In this document: positions 29,541-38,856 of the stretch, in pieces
Layout of the letters: the number at the start of each line of letters is the position of its first letter
How positions within the stretch are numbered: the stretch's first letter is position 1
Source of the DNA: an uncultured Atopobiaceae bacterium
GTDB taxonomy: Bacteria; Actinomycetota; Coriobacteriia; Coriobacteriales; Atopobiaceae
NCBI GenBank assembly: GCA_963931035.1
Contig: OZ006979.1
Location: 1,960,238-2,024,237 of the forward strand
Direction: 5' to 3'
DNA: 64,000 nucleotides
Made by a program: the position numbers and the translations under genes
The notes under the pieces: model-generated
The model's database searches: none
The model's input: the letters and a program-made list of their open reading frames with translations, nothing else
Told to the model about the DNA's origin: nothing

Positions 29541-31481
29541 GTGAGTGCCTTGTCGTACTTCAAGCAGACCGAGGATTACCGGACCTATCAGGGCGAGGAG
29601 TGCGACTTCCATCTTGACTACAACGCGAACAGCGGCGGAGGCCAGGCATTCCTTGGCGGGGCGTTTGCCGGGAAAGATGGCGGAAGAGCCTCAGCCTCGA
29701 CGCTCGGTGGCCTGACTGCCACTTTTGCGCTTCGCTTCCATAGGGCTGACGGCAGCGTGTGCAAAGTTGACTTGGGGACGCAGGAGTCGTATCGCTACCC
29801 TGTTTCTCCTCGCGGAGCCGGAAGCCAGCAGATGAAGCTAAGTCTTGGGGGGAAGGTCAGACCGAGCCTGCTGTTGCCGGCTGTCATGATGCTTCCTGAG
29901 ACAACGACCATCAACATGGCGGACTCTCTTGAACTCTCGCCGCTTACGAGGGGAAATTACTGGCTGAGATCTATGTGGCTCGATTGCGAGCTCGAAGATG
30001 ACGGTTCGGCTTGCTTCATTCCCAAGGACTATGTGTTCAGTGGCGGCCTCTCTAAGCAGGGTAAGTACGCGACGGAAGACGGTAAGCCAACCGGAGAAGC
30101 CATGTTCTTCACGCTCGATTTCGAGCGACGGATGAATGACATCCTCTATGCAGCAGATCGCTGCAGCGCTCTTCCGAAGGCTGCGGCCGACGTCCTGCGA
30201 CACTTTGGCGCTGTCCTTCTCGGCGTCGTACCGTTTGATTGCGAAGATTGCTACAAGAGAACCGCTGAGCTCATGAGCCTGATTGCTCACGAGTGCCCTA
30301 CGACCTATTCGGGCATCGGCGACCCGCTGCCTGCTGTGATGGATATTGTTGGACGCCCGACTTTTCTCGATCATTCTGTCGTTTCCGTCCCGTCAAGCGT
30401 CCCCGAGCCCCGCAACCTCATCTTCTTCGGGGCTCCTGGCACGGGCAAGTCGTACCGGCTCGCACGGCAGGCGGAGAAGTATTTCGACAAGAGGAACGTC
30501 AGGCGCGTCACCTTCCACCCCGACTACACCTACGCTCAGTTCGTGGGCTGCTACAAGCCGGTCACGACGATGCGCACGGTGACCGATGAAGATGGAACCG
30601 AGAGCACCCAGAGCGAGATCAGCTACGGTTTCGTTCCGGGGCCGTTCCTGGAGACATACATCGCTGCGGTGCAGAACCCCGGCACGAACTACTTGCTTGT
30701 CGTTGAGGAGATCAATCGCGCGAACCCGGCGGCCGCGTTCGGTGACGTGTTCCAGCTGCTTGACCGCGACTCCGACGGTCGCAGCGAGTACGAGATTGCT
30801 GCGCCGCGCGAGATGCGCGAGTACCTGCGCGTGTTCCTACCGGAGTACGCCACGACTGCGTATATCCAAGACCCGGAGCGGTTACTCTCCGAGCAGCTGC
30901 GTCTCAGGGACGAGGCGGAGCGGCTGTCGCTGCCGCCCAACATGTTCATCTGGGCAACCATGAACAGCGCGGATCAGGGCGTCTTCCCGATGGACACCGC
31001 TTTCAAGCGTCGCTGGGACTTCCGCTACATGGGCATAGACAAGGGCTCGGACAAGATCGCCGGCTACGCCGTGCCGGTCGGGACGCCCGCGCGCATGGTG
31101 AGCTGGGACGCTTTGAGGCGTGGCATCAACCAGGTGCTGCTCAATGCGGGCGTGAACGAGGACAAGCTGCTCGGGCCGTTCTTCATCTCGCCCGCGAGGC
31201 TCGCTGATCCCGACGGCTTCACTCAGGTTTTCAAGGACAAGGTGCTGCTCTACCTCTTCGAGGATGCCGCCAAAACCAAGGCTTCGAAGGTGTTCTCTCA
31301 CGAAGGCCGTGCGACGTACTCGGATGTTTGCGAGGACTTCGAGAGTTTTGGAGAGCTTGCGTTCAGGGGTATGCGCGAGTTGCCGTCCTTCTCGCCGGCC
31401 AACGCGAGCGTGACTGATGAGCTTGAGGCCGGAGAGGAAGCGGACGCCGTGGAGGAGCCTGTTTCTGACGGTGCGGAGTAG
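29541..31481 (+). CDS. McrB-like AAA+ GTPase restriction subunit (LlaJI R1-like)
   Basis: Walker A FFGAPGTGKS, VVEEINRAN, and McrB-family signature ATMNSADQG...FKRRWDF, with an unrelated roughly 280-aa N-terminal (DNA-binding) domain. GTG start. Confidence 0.75.
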   Translation: MSALSYFKQTEDYRTYQGEECDFHLDYNANSGGGQAFLGGAFAGKDGGRASASTLGGLTATFALRFHRADGSVCKVDLGTQESYRYPVSPRGAGSQQMKLSLGGKVRPSLLLPAVMMLPETTTINMADSLELSPLTRGNYWLRSMWLDCELEDDGSACFIPKDYVFSGGLSKQGKYATEDGKPTGEAMFFTLDFERRMNDILYAADRCSALPKAAADVLRHFGAVLLGVVPFDCEDCYKRTAELMSLIAHECPTTYSGIGDPLPAVMDIVGRPTFLDHSVVSVPSSVPEPRNLIFFGAPGTGKSYRLARQAEKYFDKRNVRRVTFHPDYTYAQFVGCYKPVTTMRTVTDEDGTESTQSEISYGFVPGPFLETYIAAVQNPGTNYLLVVEEINRANPAAAFGDVFQLLDRDSDGRSEYEIAAPREMREYLRVFLPEYATTAYIQDPERLLSEQLRLRDEAERLSLPPNMFIWATMNSADQGVFPMDTAFKRRWDFRYMGIDKGSDKIAGYAVPVGTPARMVSWDALRRGINQVLLNAGVNEDKLLGPFFISPARLADPDGFTQVFKDKVLLYLFEDAAKTKASKVFSHEGRATYSDVCEDFESFGELAFRGMRELPSFSPANASVTDELEAGEEADAVEEPVSDGAE

Positions 31482-31485
31482 CGCC

Positions 31486-32961
31486 ATGCGCACGGTCTAC
31501 GTTCGTGAGCGTTCTTTCCACACCCCAGTGAGCCTCGCGCGTACGCTTGGCATCGAGGTGGATGACACCGACCGCTACATCGCCCTTCTGTGCGCGCACG
31601 GCGTGCTTCGGTTGAGGACGGGTGACGAGCCGAAAGAGTACGATCCGCTTGGAGAGAGCGCGCCGCGCGGGACCTATCAGTTCGTCTACGTCGGTCTCGC
31701 CCTGGTGGAGAGCGTCTGCATCGTCGTGTACCCGAAGTACCTGCCCGAGGTCGACCCCCTGTGTCCCGATGACGCCACAAAGGCCGCGATGCGCCAGGTG
31801 TTCAGGGTGCTTCGCAAGAGCGGTGGAAGCTACGCCAGCATTGCCGCCGCGACTGAGGAGGGCATGGGGGCGAACGACCGCCTGGCGCTCATGCTCTCGC
31901 TGCTCGAGATGTATGACGAGTATGGCGTCTACTCTAACTACGTGCGCACCATTGCGGACAACGGGTCGGGCAACATCAGCTGGGAGCGCACCATCGCGGC
32001 GAACCTTCCCTTCGTGCGGGATGGGCGTCCCATCTACTTTGACTACAAGACCGTGGAGACTGACGCCGACGCCTCTGACTTCGTAACGCGACTGCATCGC
32101 GCGGTGCTTACGGAGTGCTCGCGCTTCATGCAGGAGAGCGGGCTGGCTCAGCTGCTGGCGCTCGACGAGGTGTGGCTGAGCGATTCCTCCGTGGCGGACT
32201 TTGGGGACGCCGACTTCGTGGCGTACCGGCTGGAGCGCGAGCGGGCGGTGCAGTTCGTCACGTGGAAGCAGGACGTGATCGACCTGCTCGTGCGCTATGT
32301 GCGCGACGAGGGCATGTCTGCGACGTCGGACGCGCCTCTGTGCCTGGGGACGTCAAGCTTCCATCACGTGTGGGAGACGGCGTGCAAGGTCGCGTTCGGT
32401 GACGTGCTGGCCGTTCGACTGGGGGAGCTGGGGATTGAGCTGGCTCCGCCGTTCGCGGGGATGGCGGAAAAGCGACTTATCGATGTCATCCCGAGACCGG
32501 AGTGGGCTGCATTAGGCGCTGGCGAGGAGCGGGCGTGCGGCGAGGTTGCGACGCTGATCCCGGACATCGTGACGGTGCGAGGTGCCGGCGGGCGCGCCGC
32601 CGCCGGGGGCGGGACGTTCGCCATCCTCGACGCCAAGTACTACATGCCGCTGCTGGGCGAGCGTGTTGGCGGCGTGCCGGGCGTGGAGTCGGTGACCAAG
32701 CAGTTCCTGTATCAGGCCGCGTACCGCGACTTTGTGCTCGCGTACGGGTTCTCCAGGGTGGTGAACGCGTTTCTCGTGCCGTCGTGCGGTGACGCCGTTG
32801 AGCATCTGGGGCGCGTGCGCTTCCCCGGCGTGATCGCTGCCGAGGAGCCGCCGTTCTCGAACGAGGTGGAGCTGTACGCGCTGCCGGCAGAGGCGGTGTT
32901 CGACGCCTATGTGGGCGGACGGGAGTTGGACGCCGCGCGCCTTGCTGAGGTGGTTGGCTAG
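31486..32961 (+). CDS. McrC-like PD-(D/E)xK nuclease subunit (LlaJI R2-like)
   Basis: Follows the McrB-like gene by 4 nt. PD...D/ExK-like IPDIVTV...FAILDAKYY. Confidence 0.6.
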   Translation: MRTVYVRERSFHTPVSLARTLGIEVDDTDRYIALLCAHGVLRLRTGDEPKEYDPLGESAPRGTYQFVYVGLALVESVCIVVYPKYLPEVDPLCPDDATKAAMRQVFRVLRKSGGSYASIAAATEEGMGANDRLALMLSLLEMYDEYGVYSNYVRTIADNGSGNISWERTIAANLPFVRDGRPIYFDYKTVETDADASDFVTRLHRAVLTECSRFMQESGLAQLLALDEVWLSDSSVADFGDADFVAYRLERERAVQFVTWKQDVIDLLVRYVRDEGMSATSDAPLCLGTSSFHHVWETACKVAFGDVLAVRLGELGIELAPPFAGMAEKRLIDVIPRPEWAALGAGEERACGEVATLIPDIVTVRGAGGRAAAGGGTFAILDAKYYMPLLGERVGGVPGVESVTKQFLYQAAYRDFVLAYGFSRVVNAFLVPSCGDAVEHLGRVRFPGVIAAEEPPFSNEVELYALPAEAVFDAYVGGRELDAARLAEVVG

Positions 32962-33335
32962 GCGAGGGCGTGCTCGTCGGCTTTGGTGACCGCGTCTGCC
33001 GATGCGTCTGCGGTGGTTTCCTCGCCGCTCTCGTCAACTATGACCCACGTCCATGAGCCGGCTCCTATGGGGTACAGGTGCCGTCCGTCGATGTCCGTGC
33101 CGGGGAAGGTTTCGGCGAGGTCGGGATCGTAGGTGGTGCGGAAGGCGTCTGACTTCTCGTCGTAGACAAGCGAATCGTCGAACTCGGGCAGCCATGCAGC
33201 CATGCGCTCGACCTCGGCGCGCTCGAAATATGGGCGCGCCCAGCCGTTCCACTCTTCGTTGGGGTCGAGGTAGGCGCGGTGGACGCACTCGGGGCGGTCT
33301 TCGAGGTCGGCTATGGCTACGCGGTGGGGTTGCAT
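32958..33335 (-). CDS. Hypothetical small acidic protein, last gene of the ATPase-peptidase operon
   Basis: 125-aa ORF on the same strand immediately downstream of the S8 peptidase. AAGGAAG RBS. Confidence 0.35.
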   Translation of the reverse strand: MQPHRVAIADLEDRPECVHRAYLDPNEEWNGWARPYFERAEVERMAAWLPEFDDSLVYDEKSDAFRTTYDPDLAETFPGTDIDGRHLYPIGAGSWTWVIVDESGEETTADASADAVTKADEHALA

Positions 33336-33383
33336 GGGTGGCTTCCTTCGCCTTCAAGGCCACTTCATTTAATATTGTATTGC

Positions 33384-35900
33384 CTAATGTGTGCCTGACG
33401 GTATGTTGATTGCAATAGGAGTTGTAGTATCAATCTTTTGCGATATGGCGCTGTATAGATCGGCGTCTGCGTCCGGTGTTTCAATGCTGACAACCAGCGA
33501 GTAGCGCGCTTTGGAATCAACACGATTCTCTGAATGGCGTTCACGCCACCAGCCTATGACAGGGAACACAGCGACGTTTTCAATGTCACTGAAGTCGAGC
33601 GCGGTCCCGTCTTTGAAGTCGGAAAAGATCGAGCCGATTCTTCTGTTATTCTGGCCCAGGAACCAGCCCTTCGATCCGCTCACACCCCTTCCCCCATCCT
33701 CGCCTCGCATGTTAACGTTAACCCTGCGAGCGAAATCGTCGGCGGATTCTCCAGGGTTGTTGACATCGAACCTTAACCCGTGAGAGGCGTAACGATATCT
33801 GTCCTTCCACCCTCGCATGCCGGGGCTCGGCTCAATGTAATACGAAAGCGTGACCCTCAAGCGCGCTTTCGTGTCACCGAGTTCGCGCAAAAGGTCGCTG
33901 GGCCAAGGAAGGTGATGAAGGTGCATGTCCTTCATGCAATATTGCTTGTGCCCGTTGTTTACAACGCACTCATATGGAGTCAATTCATCCTGAATGATGA
34001 GATTCACGCTGTTGCCAGCGCATTCAATTGCCTTGTCGAGCTGGGGTATGCCATACCCGCAAGCATGGAGCAGTTCACGGCGACCTGTGGATTGCCTGTC
34101 TCGTTCGGAGTCAGTCGGGCAAAACATGCTAATCATCGCTTCGGACCATCGGGCAGAGTGCACGAGGAGGGCACGGATAGTTTCCGACCAGAGCGCTGGG
34201 TAGGCATTTTCGATTTCAGCTGCCATCCAGGCTGCTTTCGCGACTGCCGCGCTCGTGGCGTTGAAGTGTTTCAGTGGATGTCCGGCTATGTCTGCTCCTG
34301 TGGACAGAGGAGAAAGATCTTCTATGCTCCATATGTGGCCGCTGCAATCTCTGGCGGCGTTTCCGCCATCGAGCACAATCTCCGGCTTCACTAAAGATGG
34401 ACGGTCCCATTGCATCGAAGTGGAGCTGAACGGAGAGAGACCGCCATGCTCCGCAACTGGTTCGTACCCTTGGGATTGTAGAGAAGTATCGAAGATAAAT
34501 GCATTTTTGCTGCACGCGCCAACGGTCAGCGCATTCCAGGCCTGTCCGGGAGTGCGCACGGGTGAAATCATATTGGCGTCTGGATAGCCCGCATCGGATA
34601 AAAGCGAAGGGTTCACGTTTCCAGCCGAGACCAAGAAAAGCTCGTGCTCCTCTTCAGGATTATCTGGATGCGAAATAGCGGCATCTACCGCCGCAGACCA
34701 TGATGTCGGTTTGCCGTTCGAGACGTCGGCTTCGTTCGCAGTGACCGCCGAGCAGAAGATGCGATTCTCTTCATAGCTTCCGCTCGTGGCGATATCGAAG
34801 CCCTGCTGGGTGATTGCCGCATATAGTTCGGGATTGCTCGGGTGCTGGGGCTCGTAAATCTTCACCGATTCCAGCCTATGAGTGATAATCACGGGTTCTG
34901 TTGAGGTCACCTTGCTGCTTAAGTCTCCATATAACGCGATGCCCGCAACGCCCGTACCATGATCCTTGTTGTCGGAGGACCCCCATGATGAATCTACGGA
35001 ATCGACCGTGCTCCCCTCAAATGCAGCCTTCAGCAGGGGGTGACCACTATTAACTCCCGAATCAAGTATGCACACTATTGACTTTCCGAAATGAATACTT
35101 GTTCTTGACTGAAGGTCACGGACCCAGAGCCCCTGCTCCTTAGCATCTGCACGGTCAAGGTATGCAGTTGCTTCCAAGGCTTCGCAGAATTCTGCTACGG
35201 AATCCGAGTTTCGTATTATCGCTTCAAGATCAGATGAATTCACACAAGCGAGTAAAACAATGCGCGAGGGGAATATGACCTGTTCGGTACGATGCTTAAT
35301 TGAGAGCTCATCAAGTAAGGTCATGAACTGATCGACGATGACGCAGGGCTGCTCCCTGTCGTATCGAAGCCAGACTTCAGTCCATTGCTTTGTTTCGGTA
35401 GGCATTCTTTCCGGGTTGCCGGTCCAGAAAGAAGCCGTCCTGTCGGCGAGGCGAATGTCTTCTACGCTCGTAACCAGCTTGTTATTCGATGGAGAGCCGG
35501 TGTCCTCTCTATCCTTTGAACTATCCGCATAGCTCCTGATTTTCTTGCCATAGAAATCGCTCTTCTTTGCCGGGACGTAGACTGTTGCTGCGAAAGAGTT
35601 ACCTTCTTGACGAACATTGAGAAGACGAACGTCTTGTCTTTGATCCTCCAGGCTGAGCACTGCCAGCTCGCCATCTGATGGTCCCCGGAAATCCAGATAT
35701 GTACCAGACCTTGTAACTGTCCCCTCCTCGCGCAATGCGCTCTCGGCCTGATAAGCCGAGGACAGGCGGTCGAGCAGCTTGGTTGCATGCCGCATACGAT
35801 CTCTTGGATAGGCATCCGAGTCGCTTCCGCCGCCTCGCTGGGGAGATTTATATTGGGTGGTTGTGCGGGTGTTCGTGAGGATAAAATTTGGCCGCTTCAT
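33384..35900 (-). CDS. S8 family (subtilisin-like) serine peptidase, large multidomain (IetS-like)
   Basis: Asp motif CILDSGVN, His motif DHGTGVAGIALYG, and a Ser-region ATSAAVA. 838 aa with N- and C-terminal extensions. There is a 4-bp gap to the upstream AAA ATPase gene. Confidence 0.7.
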   Translation of the reverse strand: MKRPNFILTNTRTTTQYKSPQRGGGSDSDAYPRDRMRHATKLLDRLSSAYQAESALREEGTVTRSGTYLDFRGPSDGELAVLSLEDQRQDVRLLNVRQEGNSFAATVYVPAKKSDFYGKKIRSYADSSKDREDTGSPSNNKLVTSVEDIRLADRTASFWTGNPERMPTETKQWTEVWLRYDREQPCVIVDQFMTLLDELSIKHRTEQVIFPSRIVLLACVNSSDLEAIIRNSDSVAEFCEALEATAYLDRADAKEQGLWVRDLQSRTSIHFGKSIVCILDSGVNSGHPLLKAAFEGSTVDSVDSSWGSSDNKDHGTGVAGIALYGDLSSKVTSTEPVIITHRLESVKIYEPQHPSNPELYAAITQQGFDIATSGSYEENRIFCSAVTANEADVSNGKPTSWSAAVDAAISHPDNPEEEHELFLVSAGNVNPSLLSDAGYPDANMISPVRTPGQAWNALTVGACSKNAFIFDTSLQSQGYEPVAEHGGLSPFSSTSMQWDRPSLVKPEIVLDGGNAARDCSGHIWSIEDLSPLSTGADIAGHPLKHFNATSAAVAKAAWMAAEIENAYPALWSETIRALLVHSARWSEAMISMFCPTDSERDRQSTGRRELLHACGYGIPQLDKAIECAGNSVNLIIQDELTPYECVVNNGHKQYCMKDMHLHHLPWPSDLLRELGDTKARLRVTLSYYIEPSPGMRGWKDRYRYASHGLRFDVNNPGESADDFARRVNVNMRGEDGGRGVSGSKGWFLGQNNRRIGSIFSDFKDGTALDFSDIENVAVFPVIGWWRERHSENRVDSKARYSLVVSIETPDADADLYSAISQKIDTTTPIAINIPSGTH

Positions 35901-35903
35901 GAT

Positions 35904-37061
35904 TTAGCCGGCCTTCTTTTCGCTGAAGTAGGCGGACAATCTGTCAGCGCAGAGACGCTGGAAGATCTCGTCGCTCAGCGAGGAATCGGCCAGCAGGGAC
36001 TCCTTCACCGCGTCCTCGCACAGGCGTGTAATGTCTGCCTGGCAGAGCTGAGACAGCTCAGCAGCGGTTTCTTCGCCAATGGAGAACTCGGGGTCGTAGG
36101 CACCCGTGCGGTTGGCGACGAGGCGCTGGACCTCATCCACGGTAGGAAGCTCATAATGCAAGACATCGTCAAAGCGCCGGAAGAGCGCTTGGTCGAGCAT
36201 TTGCCGATTGTTTGTCGCTGCGACGATGATGCTCTCGGAGACGTCTGCTTCGATGAATTGCAAGAACGAGTTGAGGATGCGGCGCATTTCGCCGACTTCG
36301 TTGTCCCTGCTACGGTCCGCGCCGATGGCATCGAACTCGTCGAATAGGTAGACAGCTCTGTTATTGGCGATTGTCTCGAAGATCTGGCGCAGCCTCGTGC
36401 TTGTCTCGCCAAGGTACTTCGTTATGAGTTTGTCGGTCTGCACGATGAAGAGCGGCAGACCGAGCTCTGCCGCGATTACCGAGGCGGTCATCGTCTTTCC
36501 GGTGCCCGGATCGCCCTCGAGCAGGAGCTTGCGGCGACAGCTGAGGCCAAAGGATGCGAGCTTCTTTCTCTGTCGGTATTCGGTGAGGACGCGATTGATC
36601 TTCTCGGTAATTTCGGGAGAAACGACTAAGTTATCGAGGCGCGCTTCGGGAAACGAGACTAGAAACAGGTTATCCTTGTTCACCAGGTTGATGATGTTGC
36701 CCTTGGTGCGAGAGGAAGCATCTACCATTGCGGTAATCTCCCGGCCTAGCGTCGTGTGTCCGGAGCGAGTCTCTGAGGCAGCTATGCGCAGCGCGGTGGT
36801 CTTGAAGCGCTCGTTATCCCGATCGTAATGTGCCTTGATGAGAGCTTTTATCTGCTCGCCGGTTGCCATGGCGCACCTCCCCCCTCCATACATTCTCCGT
36901 AATTCTACCGTGCGCTCCGAAGCCAGGCGATGGGGTTCTCGGCAAAGGGACGAATTTTCCATCTGAATTGTCCGGATGCTCTGATTGTGCTCGAGAGTCT
37001 TAATTGCTTCACTTTGTGACAAGCTCTTACCCTGACGCTGTCTCACTGTTGCCGACTTCAT
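35904..37061 (-). CDS. Classical AAA ATPase (IetA-like), operon partner of the S8 peptidase
   Basis: Walker A LLEGDPGTGKT, Walker B VYLFDEFD, and second region of homology ATNNRQMLDQALFRRF. Confidence 0.75.
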   Translation of the reverse strand: MKSATVRQRQGKSLSQSEAIKTLEHNQSIRTIQMENSSLCREPHRLASERTVELRRMYGGGRCAMATGEQIKALIKAHYDRDNERFKTTALRIAASETRSGHTTLGREITAMVDASSRTKGNIINLVNKDNLFLVSFPEARLDNLVVSPEITEKINRVLTEYRQRKKLASFGLSCRRKLLLEGDPGTGKTMTASVIAAELGLPLFIVQTDKLITKYLGETSTRLRQIFETIANNRAVYLFDEFDAIGADRSRDNEVGEMRRILNSFLQFIEADVSESIIVAATNNRQMLDQALFRRFDDVLHYELPTVDEVQRLVANRTGAYDPEFSIGEETAAELSQLCQADITRLCEDAVKESLLADSSLSDEIFQRLCADRLSAYFSEKKAG

Positions 37062-37416
37062 TTTGTCGGTATATCACAGAAAGACAGGTCGGCATGGTCG
37101 GTGATGAGGTTGGCTCGCAGGGGCAGGGGTGCACAGAAGGCACGGCGGCGCGCGAGCAGGAGTCGCAGGCGTCGCGGGAGGTGCTGACGGGTGGTAGCGT
37201 CGGTGCAGTGGGAGCGGGCACGGATTTCGAGGCCCATCTCGCCGAGCGCGACGCCAAGATCGCCGAGCTCAAGGAGGCTGAGCCGTGGCTGTTCAAGGGC
37301 ACTGTTCCCAGGCAGGGCGGCAAGACCGGCCTCCCCAACGTGGGGCAGCATCAGACGAGGGCAAGACGGTGAAGCAGTGGCGCGAGATCGCGGGCATCGC
37401 GGACGAGGAGTAGCAG

Positions 37417-37716
37417 ATGGCCAACAGCATCGCATCCACCAAGAACTACACGAGTATCCTGGACGAGGTCTACAAGCGCGCGGCGTGCTCGACCTGTCTG
37501 AACAGCCCGCGCCGCATGGCGCGCGCCGGGCGCAACGCCAAGGAGATCATGGTCCCGAAGATCGAGGTGACGGGGCTCGGCGACTACGCCCGCAACGTCG
37601 GGTACAAGACGGGCTCGATCACCTACGAGTTCGAGACCAAGACGTTCAACTACGACCGCGGCATCAAGCTGCTGGCCGACGTCATGGACGTGGAGGAGGC
37701 GGGCGCAAAGAGATGA
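37417..37716 (+). pseudogene. Phage structural (capsid-like) protein N-terminal fragment, a remnant
   Basis: 99-aa ORF MANSIASTKNYTSILDEVYKRAA...KTFNYDRGIKLLADVMDVEE looks like the N-terminus of a phage major capsid-type protein, truncated after about 100 aa. A weak call. Confidence 0.25.
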
Positions 37717-37922
37717 TTATTTGCAGTGGGTCAATAACCGATTTGAGTCTGGCGGTGAGGGTTAAGTTGCGATTAGCAACCCCCCCGAGAAAGTCGTCTG
37801 GGTAATAGAATGAGCTTGATGCTGTGGCTGACCGAATATGCTCTGTTCGCGCGTGACATATTCTTACATGGGCTTTGCGTTTTTCTGGCGATTGGCTCTT
37901 TTGCACAAAAGGAGGGTGGGGT

Positions 37923-38522
37923 ATGCGCCAAACGATCGAAGCCATCCGAGATGCCATCGAGAAGGAGTGCTGGTTGCCGGCTCTTGCCTTGGCGTTGACT
38001 ATCCCTGACGTGATGGGCCAGATTGCGTATCCGAAATACGCGTCTCCTCATGGGAAAAGGCTCGTTGGAAAACAGTACAAACAATGGTTCCACGAGAACG
38101 TCGAATCCCGATTTGCTGACCACACTGGGTTTGATGAGAATTGGAGAGCAAGGCGCCCGTACTTTTCCGCCGACATGTGCTATCAGCTGCGCTGCGAGCT
38201 GCTTCATTCTGGCAGTGATGACATTGACTTCGAATATGGGGAACGAGAGTCCGGGCGAGACTATACGTATGACTTCGAGCTACGCGTACATGCCTGTGAT
38301 AGCTATGGGTCATATTGGGTGGACCCATGTGGGGACGAGCGAATCGAGGAGCATGTTCATGTCTGCATAGACATCAAGACGCTCTGCGATGCCCTGTGCG
38401 ATGGGGCAGAACGTTGCCTGCAAAATATTAATGAAGATGAGCTGGCTAAGCATGAAGTTTGCATTGTTGACGTGACTAAATATGCGGGCTTGAAGCGCCG
38501 AAATTTGGGTGACACACAGTAG
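37923..38522 (+). CDS. Hypothetical protein
   Basis: 199-aa ORF with GGAGGGTGGGG RBS. No recognisable domain. Confidence 0.4.
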   Translation: MRQTIEAIRDAIEKECWLPALALALTIPDVMGQIAYPKYASPHGKRLVGKQYKQWFHENVESRFADHTGFDENWRARRPYFSADMCYQLRCELLHSGSDDIDFEYGERESGRDYTYDFELRVHACDSYGSYWVDPCGDERIEEHVHVCIDIKTLCDALCDGAERCLQNINEDELAKHEVCIVDVTKYAGLKRRNLGDTQ

Positions 38523-38856
38523 GCCACGAAAAATGGCCGTTTGTCATCTTGGTTTCCTCGGCAAGAGGTTAGTGGCAAATTGAAGCCGGTGGTGTGACGG
38601 CGTGGCGGGCGACGCGAGCCTTGATAAGGGTCGGCGCGCGGCCTCTATCCTGCTTAGCCAAGGAATGCTAGCCATGTCAGTATCAAACGCAAGGTCACTG
38701 GCAGTTTCGGAATCGGCGGGCACGGTTGGCTGCGATTCAATCTAGGCATTATTTCCGGTAAGTTAATCGAGTGGGGAATCCGCACCGGTCTTTCAGGGTA
38801 CTTGTCTTGGAAAGACATGACCTGTTTTCACCGTAGAGCGCGTTTTCCACCCGAGC

